DNA of 64,000 nucleotides from Omnitrophica bacterium GWA2_41_15 (GTDB lineage Bacteria; Omnitrophota; Gorgyraeia; Gygaellales; Profunditerraquicolaceae): NCBI GenBank assembly GCA_919901915.1, contig CAKKQB010000013.1, positions 64,192 to 128,191 of the forward strand, read 5' to 3'. Shown piece by piece: positions 62,381 to 64,000 of this stretch (position 1 is its first letter; each line of letters starts with the position of its first letter). The notes under the pieces were generated by a model. It saw only the letters and a program-made list of their open reading frames with translations, ran no database searches and was not told where the DNA came from. The position numbers and the translations under genes were made by a program.

Positions 62381-64000
62381 TTACCTCCACATCTTCTTAT
62401 ACTGATAATACGACTTCCTCAACTGCCTTAAAAAAGGGCTTACCTTCCCATCCCCTTGGCCGCAAATACCTAGCCACTCCTCATGCATAAAACCATCGGG
62501 AAACGGCCCGGTCCATAAACCCTTTGTATCATGCATTGAAGGCTCGTACGCTTTCCACCATTCATCTAACCACTCAAAAACAACCCCGCCTATGGAATTA
62601 CCATCTCCCGCGCAAAATGCCGAATTCTTAAGTATGTCATCCCATGTAGCGCTGTGATATTGAGCCTGCAAATTCTCGGCTTCATCAGAAGTTTTTCCTT
62701 CAGCATAAGCAGGACAGCCATACTCTGTAATAAACACCGGCTTATCCGCCTCTTCTTTTACCTGACGCCAAATTTGGCCAAAACCGTAATTGCCTCGATA
62801 AGCATTAGTGCCAAAAATATCTATATCCGGGGCATCTTTGCCAAACTTATCTAAAAACAAAACGTCACCGCTGCATATAGCTACCGGGTGTTCAGGGTCA
62901 ATGGATTTAATACGTATAGCTACCTCATTAGCAAATTTAAAAAAAGCATCCGGCTCCTTATCCGCGTTGCAAGCATAACCATAAACATTTTCATTACCCA
63001 AAAGCCAGAAAAGCACAAATGGCTCATCTTTAAATTCCATAACCATATCCGTTACGGATTTCATCATATTTTTCTTATGTTCCTGATTATTATAATCTGT
63101 TCCGGGATTCCAGGACGCGCCTGAACCAATGGCATACTTACCTAAAAAGTCCCCCATAATCACCCTAATACCGTATTTATCATAAAGTTCACGCAGAAGT
63201 TCCTTATCTATTTTTTGCGGATGATGATACAGCCTTATAGTATTTACACCCATCTCCTTCATTAACTTAAAATCTCCCACTGCCGGCTCATTCTTATCCC
63301 AAAGATTATTTTTATTTTTATCCACAAAACTATCATATGGGCCGTCAGGCTTGCCATTACCATTAAAATCCTCATTCATCCAATTTCCCATCGTACCTTC
63401 ATCCGGAGATTGACCAACTTTCGTAGGCGCGTAAGTTACACCACGGATTTGGTAAGGTTTTTTATCCACGAATAGTTCCCAGTCACCGGTTTCATATTGG
63501 ATAAGATTGACCTTACCACTGCCTAACCTCTTTTTTATACTTAACAGGCTTTTATCCGGCTTAAACCTTAATTTTTCTAAAATATTTATCTTAACAAATT
63601 TTCCCGGATTAGCAATTACCACATCGTTAGAAACATCGTTATCGAAACCATTTTCTATCCTTACGTAAGCGTCGGCAAGCTTGTAACCTAACTGGGGATT
63701 CTGCCGCAAGAGAAAATTTATCTTAGAAATAGCGGCTTGCGCCAAATACCATGGCGTATGCCAATAAGTCCAGCCGTAACTTCCCGGAAAATGCACTAAA
63801 ATAGCGTAGTAACATTTTATCGCTTGTTTTACCAACCCGGACTTTTCCAACATCAACGCGGTATAAAATAATTTTACGCCTGTCGGCTCAGGCGCGGTTT
63901 GCCATTTTAAAAATGCCGCTTCTAAATCCGGCGAATGCATAAAATCCCAATGCGAACCCAAAAGCCTTTTTTGCTCCTTTGCCTTCTTAAATTCGGGGTC
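62381..64000 (-). CDS. clan GH-A glycoside hydrolase, paralogue 2, partial (N-terminus beyond window end)
   Basis: Has IRGVTYAP, GVNTIRLY, WLLGNENVY and VFITEYGCP. The frame stays open from the TTG at 63961 to base 64000 (DPEFKKAKEQKRL...), so the true start is probably outside the window. Confidence 0.75.
   Translation of the reverse strand, partial: DPEFKKAKEQKRLLGSHWDFMHSPDLEAAFLKWQTAPEPTGVKLFYTALMLEKSGLVKQAIKCYYAILVHFPGSYGWTYWHTPWYLAQAAISKINFLLRQNPQLGYKLADAYVRIENGFDNDVSNDVVIANPGKFVKINILEKLRFKPDKSLLSIKKRLGSGKVNLIQYETGDWELFVDKKPYQIRGVTYAPTKVGQSPDEGTMGNWMNEDFNGNGKPDGPYDSFVDKNKNNLWDKNEPAVGDFKLMKEMGVNTIRLYHHPQKIDKELLRELYDKYGIRVIMGDFLGKYAIGSGASWNPGTDYNNQEHKKNMMKSVTDMVMEFKDEPFVLFWLLGNENVYGYACNADKEPDAFFKFANEVAIRIKSIDPEHPVAICSGDVLFLDKFGKDAPDIDIFGTNAYRGNYGFGQIWRQVKEEADKPVFITEYGCPAYAEGKTSDEAENLQAQYHSATWDDILKNSAFCAGDGNSIGGVVFEWLDEWWKAYEPSMHDTKGLWTGPFPDGFMHEEWLGICGQGDGKVSPFLRQLRKSYYQYKKMWR

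Overview
AT-rich bacterial chromosomal window, probably from an uncultivated diderm lineage (this is a guess; no database search was possible). About 55 credible genes lie on the minus strand. The single plus-strand ORF is doubtful.

Gene content:
- 2.4-17.3 kb: a type IV pilus locus. It holds pilB, a PAS histidine kinase ending in a PilZ domain, an orphan receiver, tRNA-Met(CAU), a PilP-like protein, PilO, a PilM-PilN fusion, three large minor pilins, a GT-C/TPR glycosyltransferase, mazEF, two sequence-identical tandem major-pilin genes, a short pilin and pilC.
- 17.3-49 kb: a split carB (N-terminal half only), carA and purF; a DUF433/DUF5615 toxin-antitoxin pair; and a MarR-TolC-adaptor-RND efflux operon with a frameshifted P-II-like tail gene. 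A dense nitrogen block follows: FMN GltS-family protein, pyrG, gltD, gltB, type III glutamine synthetase, an Rh-type ammonium channel, nfnAB-like genes, a GAF-ANTAR regulator, an aminotransferase, AsnC and nadE.
- 49-64 kb: a queG-like gene, mnmG, apgM, class II RNR, LacI, a coiled-coil protein, a ROK regulator, and a glycan locus with two paralogous clan GH-A hydrolases flanking a tandem-domain secreted binding protein.

Most unusual feature: the non-coding fabric rather than any gene cassette. The window carries several families of structured repeats:
- hairpins built from tandem 7-nt units (AGCGKAK, CAGAGMA and CGTNNNN types);
- TATCCGTGT arrays that bracket the pilin and mazEF cassettes;
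- MITE-like elements with GGGACTGTTGCGAAAT inverted ends;
- GTCATT...AATGAC-capped nested hairpins;
- a ~45-bp palindromic element.

Several of these sit in frame inside essential genes (gltB, the pilM-pilN fusion, nfnA). Others supply stop codons, C-terminal tails, or a signal-peptide-like N-terminus.

No CRISPR array, rRNA, transposase or integrase was seen. Repeat coordinates were read by eye and may be off by a few nt. All family names come from motif recognition, not searches.
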